Shown here piece by piece: positions 1-13,080 of a DNA stretch of 64,000 bases. Position 1 is the first letter of the stretch. Each line of letters starts with the position of its first letter. The stretch comes from Eledone cirrhosa (Eukaryota). The stretch spans positions 97,030,001 to 97,094,000 of the forward strand of contig OZ024742.1 of assembly GCA_964016885.1 (NCBI GenBank). The letters run 5' to 3'. Made by a program: the position numbers and the translations under genes. Below the pieces are notes generated by a model that had not been told where the DNA came from, did no database searches, and was given only the letters and a program-made list of their open reading frames with translations.

Positions 1-676
1 TTGATATGTAGAAAAGTCAGAGGTAAATATTCCATACTCAAAGGAAAATATGGATACGCAAGACTGTGGCTGCAGTTAAGTTAACATAGAAGGCATAATA
101 TGTGGCAGATGCACAGGAATAGTTAGCAACAATGAAATAAATCTAGGGAAGTTTCCAGAGAAATAGTTGATTGTTTAGTAACTAGAATAGGTGTGGGGCG
201 GGGGGATGTTCAGAGTGCTATTACTTCTTTTTAAACATAGAGTAGAGAGTATGATGCCTGTGTATGTACTGATATGCCAACTGATTATGAAGGATATGTG
301 AAAACTAGAAAGAAATGAATTGAGCCCAATCCATTGGATGTGTACACAAACCAGAAAATACAGTTGAGTTGATGAAAAATTTAATATAAAAAGAATCATA
401 TGTGGTGTGCAGGAAAGGAAACTGAGTGGGTATTGATGGACAATGTGCATGGTTGATGATCATTCTATGAAGTATCAGGAGTTTCAAGTAGAAGGAAGCT
501 ATGGAAGAGGAAGTCTGAGAATGACCTAAACAAAAACAGGGAAAGCTGATCTCAAGATGCTGAACCTCATAAAGGAAGAGAGAAGTGGAAATTTGGAGTA
601 CTGAGGAGTTTTCTATCCCATAAAACCATGGAAATATGGATGTAAAATAATATATATTTTTATACATTTTGAGTGT

Positions 677-1800
677 CATACTGCTAAGAAAGACATACAC
701 CAGTTGAATTTCACTTCAATTTATTATATTATTCTCTCGGTTAGTTTAATAACCAGTTAGTTGTTTATATGTTAATTGTCAAAGCTCTTTCATCACACAT
801 TCTGTGACCTCTTCAATGGCTACTTTTGTTACTTTGTGTCTCCACTTTGTTCTGTTCTACACCATCTTGTCTACATGGGCATGCATTACATCAGAATGTG
901 TGTTTTTTAGTTTTTCTCTCTCTCTCACTTTTCCCTTTCCTATGTGCCATTAATTAGTTGTTATCCTGATTTTTGTGTGCTATATATATCTGTGTGTGTG
1001 TCTGTGGCATGGGGAGGGTATGTCTATATATTGTATTAGTTTTGTTTTTGTGTGTCTTTATATTGTCCTTAAAGACCATGTTTTGCAGTTGTGATTATTC
1101 CATTCATGCTTTCTATTTAATTTTGGTTGGAGTTATTTTATATTCATTGGTTCTGTCATCTACCAGAGTATTGCATCTGTTCAGTGCGTAGATATAATTT
1201 TTATTTCAATATTATCCAGTGAGAACCTGTGTTCCATTCTGGAACATTGGTGGAGTACTTTTACTCTTTTCCCTATGCTTTTGAGCCATCTCACCTATAT
1301 ATATATTGTGTTCCTCTTCTTAAACTGTCCCTCCGTGCATCTTATGTTATATTCTACATTCCTAGTTTTACAGGTAATCTGCAGACTATACATTTTCTAT
1401 CAGTACAGAGGGTTTTCTTAAATGTGTATCATCTGCCAATCAGGACTTTTAAGAGAATAGCTGGTTTTGCTACTATATTAATATTTAATTTAAACTTATC
1501 TAAAGCTCTTCTAAATCTGTATGTTATTTCACCTCTGGGGGGTAGCATTGACAAACATTACACTCTGGTCATTTGTTGCTTTCATATTATGAGTTGACCC
1601 TATTTATTTCATACCATGAGTTTTCCAAATTTGCTCCTATACATCGGGCAAGTCTTATTCGCATCATTTTCTATGATGTTCATTCATTTAGCCTTGGCTC
1701 ATTTTTATACCCTGATTTGGCCTCTTTGATTATAATGAGAGAACTGCATACAGTGGATGAAGAATTGTATCTTTCTCATTAATTCTTTAGGATTGCACAT
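677..1800 (-). mobile_element. Decayed Penelope-like element 3' part (GIY-YIG remnant plus terminal repeat)
   Basis: Minus strand ~1380-1090 reads, with frameshifts, ITCKTRNVEYNIRC..IYIGE..H..HRFSLDNIEIKII..LNRKHEW. 677-830 is homologous to the arm at 60540-60710. Confidence 0.6.
778..820 (-). ncRNA. Degenerate minimal hammerhead motif
   Basis: Minus strand: gcca-UUGAAGA-ggucacagaaugugugau-GAAA-gagc-UU-ugac. Same family as 60664-60706. Confidence 0.4.
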
Positions 1801-1870
1801 ACAGGACACATTTATTTAGTAGTCGATGTGCAAACAAACTTCCTTTTTATAAGGATATAGATAGAAATAT

Positions 1871-2575
1871 ATGCATATGTATGTATTTATATGGATGTGC
1901 AATAGCAACATGCAGGGATGGCAAAGCATAAATGAACTGCATGCGAAATTAGGTATAAGAGGGATCAGATGTTGTGTGCAGGATTGGAGATTGCATTGGT
2001 ATGGACATGTGATGCATATGAAGGATGACAGCTGTATAAAAAGGTGCAGAGCACTCAAAGTTGATGGTAGCCATAGAGTAGACAGGTCTAGGAAGACATA
2101 GTTACCATGACCTCTGGTGCTATGATGTATTACAGAAGACTCGCCCTCTATTATCCCCGGACTGAGGCATATACTTAGTAGGCAACACCATTCCCTTCCA
2201 TCTCCCTTGGACCTATGTCCCCAATTTCCCCAAGCATCTTCCCCACCCTCCCAAGTTTCCAACCTTCTCTAAAAAGTGATCGCCCTGGATCCACAACAAA
2301 AGAGCCCAGCCCACACTATAGTGGTTGTGTAGATGTCATGGCAAAAGCGAGCATCCAGTCCACATTGTAAAGGGGTCATGTAGGTGTCATGACAAAAAGC
2401 ACACACCACACATTGTAAATGAGGTTGGCATTAGGAAAGGCATCCAGCCATAGAAACCAAGCCAAATTCAGTTCTGTGTAAGTGAATCATGGTCCACTGA
2501 CCTGATCTCTCACAAGGGGACAGCCCATCCTACCCATGCTAACATGGAAGATGACGTTAAATGATGATGATGATA
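1871..2575 (+). mobile_element. RTE LINE 3' fragment
   Basis: ORF 1871-2101 (WMCNSN..GIRCCVQ..RLHWYGHVMHMKDDSCIKRC) matches the C-terminus of the RTE at 10978-11427. Ends in a (GAT)n tail. Confidence 0.85.
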
Positions 2576-2592
2576 ATATATATATATATATA

Positions 2593-3045
2593 TATCATCA
2601 TCATCATCATCATCATCACCCTTTTACATCCGTTCTTCCACGCTAGCATGGGTTAGATGAATTGTCCTGTTGTGGGCAGTGTCCAGTCGGCTGACCTTGT
2701 CTTGCTCATACGGGAACTGATTCTGGCTTGATTTCTACAGCTGGATGCCCTTCCTAACACCAACCTCATTTACAGTGAGTGCTGGGTGCTTTTTTCCATG
2801 GCACTTACACGTCCACTTTACAGTGTGGACTGGGTGCTTTTTTGCCTTGGCACCTCCATGACCACTTTTCAGTGGAATGATATGGACTCCAGTCCCTATC
2901 ATCTCATTTCTACAGCTGAGTAAACTGGAGCCATGTGAAATAAAGTGTCTTGCTCAAGGAAACAACACATCACCCGGTCTGAGAATTGAACTCACAACCT
3001 TTCAATTTCAAGCCCAATGCTCTAACCACTAAGCCATGCACCTTT
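2593..3045 (-). mobile_element. tRNA-derived SINE with RTE-derived 3' tail (family 1)
   Basis: Minus strand has A box TGGCTTAGTGG, B box GAGTTCAATTC, core CCTTGAGCAAGACACTT..CTCAGCTGTAGAAATGAG, an RTE-like 3' UTR and (GAT)n. Confidence 0.8.
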
Positions 3046-3291
3046 ACACACACACACACAAACACATATATGTATACATCATCATCATCATCATCGTTTA
3101 ACGTCCATTTTCCACGCTTGCATGGGTTTGGATTTATATATATATATATATATACATATATATATAGAGATAGATATATATAGATAGATATATATATGTA
3201 TATGTATATATATGTATATGTATATATATGCATATGTATATATATATATATATATAATATAAGATCAAAATATGGTTAAAAGAGTTCCATA

Positions 3292-3362
3292 TATTTTATT
3301 ATGCGCATTTCAAAAACAAATATTATCATAAGATGACATTTGCGTTTTCGTCAGATAAAATA
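3292..3362 (-). ncRNA. Type I hammerhead ribozyme
   Basis: uauuuuau-CUGACGA-long stem II-GAAA-ugcgca-UA-auaaaaua. 8-bp stem I and palindromic stem III. Confidence 0.8.
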
Positions 3363-3462
3363 GGGATACATGATATGAAGGTTAAAAAACACTTGTGAAT
3401 AGTGAAGTTTTAAATCAACATATCATGTTGATTTAAAACTTCACTATTCACAAGTGTATCCC

Positions 3463-3533
3463 TATTTTATCTGACGAAAACACAAATGTCATCTCATGAT
3501 GATATTTGTTTTTGAAATGCGCATAATAAAATA
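3463..3533 (+). ncRNA. Type I hammerhead ribozyme
   Basis: tattttat-CTGACGA-aaacacaaatgtcatc(tcat)gatgatatttgttttt-GAAA-tgcgca-TA-ataaaata. Confidence 0.85.
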
Positions 3534-3734
3534 CATGGAACTCTTTTAACCATCTTTTGATCTTATATTATTTATACTCCTGTCCTACAAACTGTAGAGT
3601 GCTACTTATCCGATATCTGCATTGCTTTATTATACTACAATAAAACTCACCTCCTACATTATATATATATATATATATATATAGATATGCATATATGAAT
3701 TGGCGCTCTGTATAGCGATGTATATATATGAATG

Positions 3735-4025
3735 TATATATAGTGTATTTGGTAATACACTGTATGCTTAATTAAAAGCATTTTGAAGACCTTACACTAT
3801 TGTTTTAAAGTCGTGACTATGTCACTTACTTCTTTTTCAACAATCAAAGGGAGATAAGCTGACATATCTCTGTTTTATACTGTTGGTATTCCTCAGAGCT
3901 TAGTACTCCCTTTGCTTGTTGAAAAAAGAAGTAAGTGACATAGTCACTACTTTAAAACAATGGCGTAAGGTCTTCAACATGCTTTTATTTAAGCATACAG
4001 TGTATTACCAAATACACTATATATA
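3735..4025. mobile_element. Fold-back element with a hammerhead in its apical loop
   Basis: Arms ~3735-3853 and 3906-4025 are near-perfect reverse complements, flanked by TA-rich repeats. Confidence 0.8.
3855..3902 (-). ncRNA. Type I hammerhead motif with G12A change
   Basis: uaagcu-CUGAGGA-auac(caaca)guau-AAAA-ca(gagaua)ug-UC-agcuua. All stems pair; GAAA is mutated to AAAA. Confidence 0.7.
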
Positions 4026-5456
4026 CATTCATATATATATATGTATATATATGTACACTCACAAGAAGTAAAGGGGAAATACTAGAAGAGAAAAGAAAGA
4101 GATCAATGTTCATTACAAGCAACCTATTTTCTTGTGTTTTTGATGGCCAAAGAATAAAAGAACAGAAAAAATAACTTCTAAATACAGAAATATTCCCAAC
4201 GAACGACCAAAGAATTTGCAGTTAGATCCCAAAAAGAGAATCTAATATATTCAATAACACTGTTGTAAGCCAAATACTATATTACTTTTGACAAGCAGAC
4301 ACTTAAAGGATTCTACCAAATGGCTTACTTTAAAATATTTGGTTCTTAATCCTAATTATATTTTGATCGCTACCTCCCTCTAAGATGAAAATCTATACAT
4401 ATATGTGTACTTGATAGAATAATGGACCACACATTAAGGAAGGGAAATTTTAGGCAATTTCACAAAGAGTCGAAAGTAAGAAAAACTATATACATCTGAT
4501 TACAATCCATGGATAGAATAAATTGTTTCTTTTAAGAAAAATATTTTTGGGGAAATGAAGAATTTTGTCTGTTCCATTTTCATTCATAAAACGTGTATAC
4601 AGAAAGGAGATATATATGTATTTCCATAGAAGAAATGCAAAAATAAATAAATAAATAAATAAATAAAAACTAAATAGGACTACATTAGGTGATAAACCAC
4701 AGTTCTATATAGACTTCTATACAAAATAATGGAAACAGTTATGGAAACGCAACTAATATCAGAATATAAACCAAAAATTAATACACAGATCTAGCATACA
4801 TGAAACATAGGGATCAAGGTGCTTAGCTCATGACGTGAAGCAGATGCGTTTGAAGTTTGAATCCTGGACTGTACAGCATGTTGTGCAATGTATTTTATTT
4901 TATGTCTTCTAGTCCATGCATCTGGCAAAAATCAGTTATACCCATTATTCAAGGGACCAGCCTTGTCACACATTGTATCATACAAAATCATTCTAAGAAT
5001 TATCTTAAGGGTGCTGATGTTTATGGAATGCTCAGCCATTTATGCAACTAGAGAACATGTCATCTGAAAGGATGGAGGTCCGACGCTCCACACACACACA
5101 TATCATCCAGTCATTTTGGATCCTTTTGTGAATAACACCTCAGAAATTATGTTGGTTTTACGCCTACCTTTTCATGCTGACCAAATATGAGTTAGACAGG
5201 GTGCTCCATGTGATTAGCCTTGATCATCAGTCCTTCATGTGTGTATTCTACTTTTCTTTTGTATTCTCATGACACTAAACAAATCCATGTTTATTTACTG
5301 AATCTTTTTGTAACAAACTTAATGTTGTTGCTGTTTAACAACTGCTAAACCTGACTGAATAGTGCTATGATCAAAAATATTGTTCCAGATATGAGCATCC
5401 CAACCTCTTGCGCATTACATATCTAGGAGTATATAACATGCCTCTTCACTCTCCTT

Positions 5457-6140
5457 TAATAATGATAATAATAATAATGAAAATATTGTGTGCAGTGCTC
5501 AGGTGCACTACAACTCATCAAAAGTGAATGTATAGTACATAGGGTAATGTACAAACGTCCGGAAAATGAACAGTGCATGAGTCATGATATACACATGTGT
5601 GTATGTGTATGGAAGGGGAGGACATCAGGTGTAGTTTTGGCGAATTTCGGGAAGCATGAGTGTTTTAAAGGATGCAGTGTCCCGGCAGTTAACAACTGAC
5701 GCAGGCAGTTTGTTCCATGCTTCAGCAACACGAAGCGTGAAAAAATGTTTCAGAAAGTCATGGGAGCTGTGCTGTTTTCTGACTTTGTAGGCATGTCCAC
5801 GTGTGTTAGACACATGGAGATCAAAAAGGTGCTCAGGGTTGTTTTTGGCGAGATGGTTAATAACTTTGTGGGTCCATTGCCAGTCGTCGGAGCTTCAATG
5901 AATCCATTCTCAGGGAAGAAAGGCATTCAGAGTATGGTAGGTGTCTGATGGAAGGTATGCACTTGGTTTCACGTCTCTGAACAGTTTCCTTAGGTCAATG
6001 TTCTGAGCAAGATAGGGGTTCCAGACTAATGATGTGAATTCCAAGTGAGGTCGTACCATAGCTGTATACAGCTTTAAATAGATGGCTGGAGAGCGGCTAA
6101 CAAAGGTCTTGCTGAGTGATGCCAAGACACCCTCGACTTT
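5457..6140 (-). mobile_element. CR1-clade LINE 3' fragment
   Basis: LYTAMVRPHLEF..WNPY and TRGHAYKV..FFTLRVAEAWNKLPASVV motifs; (ATT)n-like tail at ~5457-5480. Confidence 0.85.
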
Positions 6141-6372
6141 GATGAGTAGGTTTAATTTCACACATTTAGTACCATATTTCTAATGATGGACACTTTCTAT
6201 GATGACCAAATCATTTTGAAAACTAAGAAACATTTGGAGGGATTTCTCATTATTAAGCTGGTATTTGGAATATAAAGTTGAAATGAATGGCTTTTGGATA
6301 AATGTAAACACTTATTATTATGTCTATAATAAATGACACTGCCTGTGATTTTCAAAAGGTTTGAGAATAATG

Positions 6373-6720
6373 TATTGGTTTGGCAAAAAAGTCCATTCCG
6401 TTTTTGCTAATACTAATCTTCAGACATTCTATTTGCTAACTTTACTCGTTTTCCTTCCGAGTATCCACTTGTAGTTCGTAGCAAAACACTGACGAGATTG
6501 GTTGTATTTTGTACGTATATCTTAACCCTCAAAATGGAGAACCAAAATGAAAATTATTTTATTTTAAAAGAGGTAAGAAACCCTCAGAAACTTGCAGGAA
6601 CACATGCACTGTATACAGAGAGGATACTGTTACGAATGTATATGCCAGAAGTGGCTTTCAAGATTTCGATCAGGAAATATTTTGATTCAAGGTGCACCTC
6701 ACTATGGATGGCAATCTGGT
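6373..6720 (+). mobile_element. Mariner/Tc1 5' remnant
   Basis: TIR-like TATTGGTTTGGCAAAAAAGT followed by a frameshifted N-terminus MENQNE...CQKWLSRFRSGN..GAPH.G (mariner HTH region). Confidence 0.7.
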
Positions 6721-7728
6721 GAGTTTGACAAAAAAAAAAAGGTGGAAAACATTGTCACAGCTGGAACACTTACTTTTTTTTTCAACTGTTGCACATGGTG
6801 CATGAGCAGCCCAGCTCAACTCCCTGGAGAATATAGCACTGAGGAGAAGGATACTAATTCTTCACCCACTGATGAGCAAGAATTTGTATTCCTCTTCACA
6901 ATTAATTTTGCGAAACAGCATTACCAAAGCTGTCTGGGTGATTAGTAGTTACCACAATTCCGGTTTGTATTTATGTTCTTGATTTATTCTTAAATTGAGT
7001 CTGGTAAACCCTTGTCTATAGTTAGTATTCTTTTCACCTTAGCGAATCTGGTCCCTTATGATTTGAACACATATATGTATATATCTGTGTTCGTTTTTCT
7101 TTTATATTCAGTTATAATATACACATGTATATACATATAGTCATACATAACCCATGCTAGCGTGGAAAATGCACGTTAAACGAAGATGATGATGATGATG
7201 ATGATACATATCATCATCACCATTTAACGTCCATATAATCCATGCTAGCATGAGTTATACAAGTTTTTTTCTTGTGAGAAATGCCAGATTAGGTGACCAT
7301 GCCTTGCTCATATATATATATATATATATATACACAAACACCACACACATAGCTTATCCTAGTGCTTGAATTATCGCCCCTTGTCTTATTACCTCCATTT
7401 AAACATTGCCATCTTAGAAAAGCACAGTTTCCCTGATGGTCATTGATGTATTTCTACCATCTCCAAACTTTTAAAGGGTAAATTGTTCCTGAATGTGTAG
7501 CCATATATTTTGCATTTCGTACGGACTTTGTGACAGTATTAAAAGCAAACAATCTTCCTCTGAATAATCTTATGGGTACAATTCTTCAGTAGTATATAAA
7601 TCTCATTTATTTGCCCATAAAATTATCAAGTGTACCTATAGGTGGAAACACTGTGTAAAGAATAAATGTTATTCTTAAAAGTCTTGCGTTCCCCATCATA
7701 TATTTCTGCTTACATATATATATATATA

Positions 7729-8152
7729 TCATCATCATTTTACGTCTGCTTTTCCCTGTTTGCAAGGGTGGGACATTTGTCCTGTTATGGGCAGTGTCTC
7801 GTCGACTGACCTTGTCTTGCTCATACGGGAACTGATTCTTGCTTGATTTCTACAGCTGGATGCACTTCTTACCACCAACCTCATTTACAGTGAGTGCTGG
7901 GTGCTTTTTTACCGTGATGCCTACACGTCCACTTTACAGTGTAGGCTGGCTGCTTTTTTGCCGTGTCACATCCACAACTACTTTGCAGTGGAATGATAGG
8001 GAACCCAGTCCTATCATCTCATTTCTACAGCTGAGTAAACTGGAGCAATGTGAAATAAAGTGTCTTGCTCAAGGAAACAACACATCACCCGGTCTGAGAA
8101 TTGAACTCACAACCTTTCGATTGCAAGCGCAGTGCTATAACCACTAAGCCAG
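7729..8152 (-). mobile_element. SINE family 1 copy
   Basis: Highly similar to 2593-3045, including A/B boxes and the RTE tail. Confidence 0.8.
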
Positions 8153-8410
8153 ATATATATATATCATCATCATCATCATCGTTTAACGTCCACCTTCCAT
8201 GTTAGCATGGGTTAGATGGTTTTGTTCCACTTGATGCGGCAATGGTCGGGAGCTTCTCTCTCGCACGGAAGTGTCTCTGGCAGGTTTTTTACAGCTGGAT
8301 GCCCTTCCTAACACCAACCACATTTACAGTGTGGACTGTTGTGTCATTGACAGAGTGGATGGAACGGAGAAAGGAGGATGGTGTAGTGTCTGTGGGGTGG
8401 GTTGTATGAA

Positions 8411-8602
8411 AATAATAATACAAGGATGATTTGTTAATCCTTCATTAGATTTATTGATTGGTGACGCACATTTCACTATTGATCAGCTGAAGGTTCGATC
8501 TGTATCAATACAGATCAAACCTTGAGCTGCTCAACAGCAAAACGCCCGTCACTAATCAATAAACATAATGAAGGCTTAACAAATCATTCTTGTATTATTA
8601 TA
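8411..8602. repeat. Diverged fold-back element with hammerhead 3' halves
   Basis: Imperfect palindrome centred ~8506. Arms read gctg(N5)yagy-(G/A)AAA-ygygcg-like-TC but lack CUGANGA. Confidence 0.6.
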
Positions 8603-8746
8603 TTTACTCTGTTTAGCTCTACACCTCACTATAGACATGAACTTAAACATCGAGTGCTCACCTGGGTGAACCTACAGCAACTTCACGTTACACTCCCTAG
8701 ATATATATATATAATCATTGCAGGAGATTTTATATATATATATATA

Positions 8747-8803
<57 letters not shown>

Positions 8804-8808
<5 letters not shown>

Positions 8809-11725
8809 CATTGCAGGAGATTTTAACGGACACGTAGGTAAACACTGCGACGGCTTCAATAGAGTACATGGAGGCCATGGAGTTGGCACAAGGAATGAGG
8901 AAGGATTCAGACTTCTAGAATTCTGCGACGCCAATGACATGTCGATATGTAACACAAACTTTAAAAAACCCGACAACCACCTGATCACCTATAGATCAGG
9001 GGAGCACTCTAGTCAGTTAGATTTTATCCTCATCAGAGGACGTGACAGATGGACGGTCGTAAACACAAAAGCCTTCCCTAGTGAGGAATGTACATCCCAA
9101 CATAGCTTAGTTGTCAGTGACCTCACGGTCAGAACTAGACGAGCCCTGAAACAGAGGCCAACCTGGAGAAGAAAGATCTGGAAGCTGAAAGTCCCCTCAA
9201 CCAGTAACAGATTTAAAGATATTTTACTCAACGCCTACGACAGTAAAGAAGAACAGATAGAGACATTCAACGTGGAAGAGCACTGGGAGTTCATAAAAAA
9301 TAACTTACTAGAGGCGACGGATGAGGTTTGTGGCTGGAGTAAGACCTCAAGCAGGAGGAGAGTGACTTGGTGGTGGAACAATAAGGTAGATGAAGCAGTC
9401 AAGGCCAAGAGACAGGCATGGAAAGAATGGAAGAACGGGGGGAGCAGGGTACATTACATAGAGACCAAGAGGGAAGCTAGGCGACAAGTATACTTAGCTA
9501 GGAGGGAAGCAGAGGATAGAAAATTCAAGCATGTTTTACAACGTGAGGACCAGAAACAGGAGGTATTCAAGATTGCGAGGCAGTGTGTCAGAGATAGTTG
9601 TGATGTCATTGGAGAGAAGTGTATCCGGAATGATAAAGGTGAGCTTGCCCTCACAAGTGCTGAGAAGAAAGATGCATGGAAGAGTCATTATGATAGATTA
9701 CTAAATGAGGAGAATGCATGGGAAGAAGAGACCCTACCCCACGTAGACCCTATAGAGGGACCAGCAGTACAAGTCAGCGGCAGCGTAGTAAGTAAGGCAA
9801 TCAGAGATATGAAGATAGGGAAGGCAACCGGTCCATCGGGTATAGCTGCCGAGATGCTGAAGGCATCTGGGTCTGTAGGTCACACTATAACCACACGTAT
9901 CGTTAACCAGGTAATACTAGAGGGGGCCATACCAAAAGATTGGTGCAGTAGCATCATTGTCAACTGCTACAAAGGTAAAGGCGATGCACTAGATAGAGGA
10001 AACTATAGAGGTATAAAGTTGATGGACCAGGTCATGAAAGTAACAGAAAGAGTTATAGCACAGCTGATTAGGGACCGGGTGAATATAGACGAGATGCAAT
10101 TTGGGTTTGTACCAGGGAAAGGCACCACTGATGCCCTCTTCCTTGATTACAGGAAAAGTACCTAGCTAAAAGTAAGCCACTCTACTTGGCATTTGTCGAC
10201 CTTGAGAAAGCCTTTGACAGAGTTCCACGTGCAGTAATCTGGTGGGCTCTTAGAAAACTAGGAGTAGATGAATGGCTTGTGAAAGCGGTACAAGCCATGT
10301 ATAGGGGAGCAGTCAGCAAAGTTAGGATTGGCAATGAGTATAGCGAGGAATTTAGCGTACAGGTTGGGGTCCACCAGGGCTCTGTTCTTAGCCCTCTCCT
10401 GTTCATCATAGTCCTGCAGGCAATAACGGAGGAGTTTAAGACCGGATGCCCATGGGAACTCCTGTATGCTGATGACCTCGCACTCATAGCTGAATCTATG
10501 GTAGAACTAGAGAATAAATTCCAAACCTGGAAGCAGGGACTAGAGAGAAAGGGCCTCAAAGTCAACATGACAAAGACTAAGGTCCTTATAAGTAGACGAG
10601 AAAACAGAACCCAGATCCCCTCAGGGAAATGGCCTTGCTCAGTATGTAGGAAAGGTGTAGGTAGGAACTCCATTCTCTGCCCCAAATGCAAACAATGGGT
10701 ACACAAGAGATGTAGCGGGATCTCAGGAAGCTTAGTTAAGAATGTAGGATTCACATGCAGCAGCTGTGCTGAAACAGCAAGCAAACAGCCACAGGAAACA
10801 AGTACCACCAATCTCTAGGAGGGCCCTGTAGAAACAGTAGACAGCTTCTGCTACCTAGGTGACCGAATTAGCAACGGAGGTGGGTGCTCAGAAAGTACAA
10901 TAACTAGGGTAAGAACGGGATGGAAGAAGTTTAGGGAACTACTACCACTGCTAGCTGCAAAAGGCTTCTCCCTCAGAATGAAAGGCAGACTGTATGATGC
11001 GTGTATCCGAACAGCGATGTTGCATGGTAGTGAGACCTGGGTGCTGAAGGTGGAAGACTTACGTAGATTAGAGAGAAACGAAGCCTGCATGCTCCGATGG
11101 ATGTGTAACAGTAATATACGTGAACGACAAAGCATAAAGGAATTGAGAGAGAGACTGAGCATAAGAGGAATCAAATGCTGCGTGCAGGAGAGGCGGTTAC
11201 GCTGGTATGGACATGTGATGCGTATGAAGGATGACAGCTGCATAAAAAGGTGCAGAGCACTAGAAGTTAATGGAAACCGCGGAGTGGGGAGACCCAAGAT
11301 GACTTGGGATGAGGTGATAAAAGCCGACCTTACCCAACTACACCTCTCAAAGTCAATGACACACGACCGTGACTTCTGGCGTCACGCAGTAATACAGGGT
11401 ACCCGACCTCCCATGGGTACATGCTGAAGCATATAAACAATATGCCCCCCCCCCACCGCAAGGTGGTCGTGGAGGTGCCACGGCAAAAAAGCACCCAGCC
11501 CACACTGTAAAGTGGACGTGTAGGCCCCACGAAAAAGCACCCACCACTCACTGTAAATGAGGTTGGTGTTAGGAAGGGCATCCAGCTGTAGAAATCAAGC
11601 CAGATCAGTTCCTGTATGAGCAAGGCATGGTCAGCCGACCAGACACTGCCCACAACAGGACAACCCGTCTAACCCATGCTAGCGTGGAAGAACGGACGTA
11701 AAACGGTGATGATGATGATGATGAT
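8804..11725 (+). mobile_element. RTE-clade LINE, 5'-truncated and frameshifted (APE, RT, PHD-like finger, 3' UTR, (GAT)n)
   Basis: IIIAGDFNGHVG/LDFIL/SQH (APE); NYRGIKL, AFVDLEKAFDRV, GVHQGSVLSP, LLYADD (RT). Spread over ORFs 8522-10165, 10186-10818 and 10978-11427. Confidence 0.95.
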
Positions 11726-12254
11726 ATATATACATATACATATATGTGTTTGTATGTGTCTCTATGTTCATGTTTACTCTTTATTTATGCATTGTAACTT
11801 AGAGGATTGTCAAATGAAATTGATAAAGTAACTTACCAAACTTGAAAATAATAAGTCCTGGTGTCAATTTGATCTACTAATTCACTGTAAAGCTGTGCAC
11901 CAATACAGCCACTTTCTAGTGACTGAAATCATTCATTGACTAAAAGAAAGCTAATATCATCTTCTACCTCCCAGCATGCTGGCAACAGAGAGCTACATCA
12001 CAGCATGCCAAATTAATTATTAAACCCATGAAAAATGGAAGAGATAAAATTAATTTAGCACCATATTTTGTTTGTTTATATAAATGTTGTTGTTATAATG
12101 AATATATATTGCATTTATTGGTGTTGTTGTTAAACTGTAGGTCTTTAATTTAACCCTATATTTTGTTTTGCTTATGTTCTATAGTAATTATTGTTTTTTC
12201 ATTTTCATTATTTTTATAAATACTGGGCCCTTGTGGCCAATAAAAGAAATCATC

Positions 12255-12440
12255 ATTGTTATTACCATTACAATTATTAACCTCATTATGATGATGGTCA
12301 TCATCAGCATAATTATTATTATTATTATTATTACTATTAGTATTATCATCATTATCATCATTATGATTAGCATCACCATTATCATTATAATTACTATTAT
12401 GATTACTATTATTATTGTTGCTACTATCACTATTATTAAT
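12255..12440. repeat. Degenerate (ATT/ATC)n microsatellite
   Basis: Direct inspection; explains the poly-Ile ORFs. Confidence 0.9.
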
Positions 12441-13080
12441 GTTATTCCAGTAGGTTCATTTCAATTTTTTCTTTTAATTTAATTTTATTTTATTTCATTA
12501 TTTTATTTGTTGCTTCCTTTTTCATTACATATTTCATTAAATTATATTTTTTTCACCATTTAAAAAATATTTCATCATCCCCATCGTCATCATCATCATC
12601 ATTATTATTATTATTAGATGATTTTCATTTAGGTCTTTTTAAACTCCTATGAAATTAATTTTTAATTAATTTTTCAACATTATCTAATAAACAGTGCATT
12701 CATTTAAGTCAGATCTAATAAAGTGTCCTTTGTTGTTATTGTTGTTTTTGCAAGTGATGTTGCTATTAACATTATTGTTGATAATGTTCCCCACCCTCAC
12801 CATCTTTTTTTTTATATAAACACTTAATTTCATTTTCAGTCATATCTTAATGAATTATTCTGATATTTGCAATTTTAATTTGTTACCTCAATTTTGGTTG
12901 TTGCTGTTTTGTTTTCTTTAGACTTGTTCTTGTTTTCCTGTTTCCATTTTCTCACTTAGATTTCCTTAAGTTCATCCTGTATGTGTTTGATTTGTGGTTT
13001 TATATATACATACACACACACATATATTTTTATATATATATATATGTATATATATATATTATACGTATGTATGTATATAT

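Larger units (their letters stand above)
3255..3660. mobile_element. Fold-back mini-element with hammerheads on both strands, between (TA)n tracts
   Basis: Inverted arms ~3255-3420 and 3426-3570 around a 5-nt loop, plus a one-sided tail to 3660. Confidence 0.8.

Noticed and set aside
8522-8803. N-terminus of the 547-aa ORF as a fusion protein
   Set aside because: Chance read-through from a fold-back arm and (TA)n into a truncated RTE.
10182-10811. Long antisense ORFs over the LINEs (also 14147-14896, 16366-16992, 42388-42894)
   Set aside because: Shadows of the coding strand with no independent motifs.
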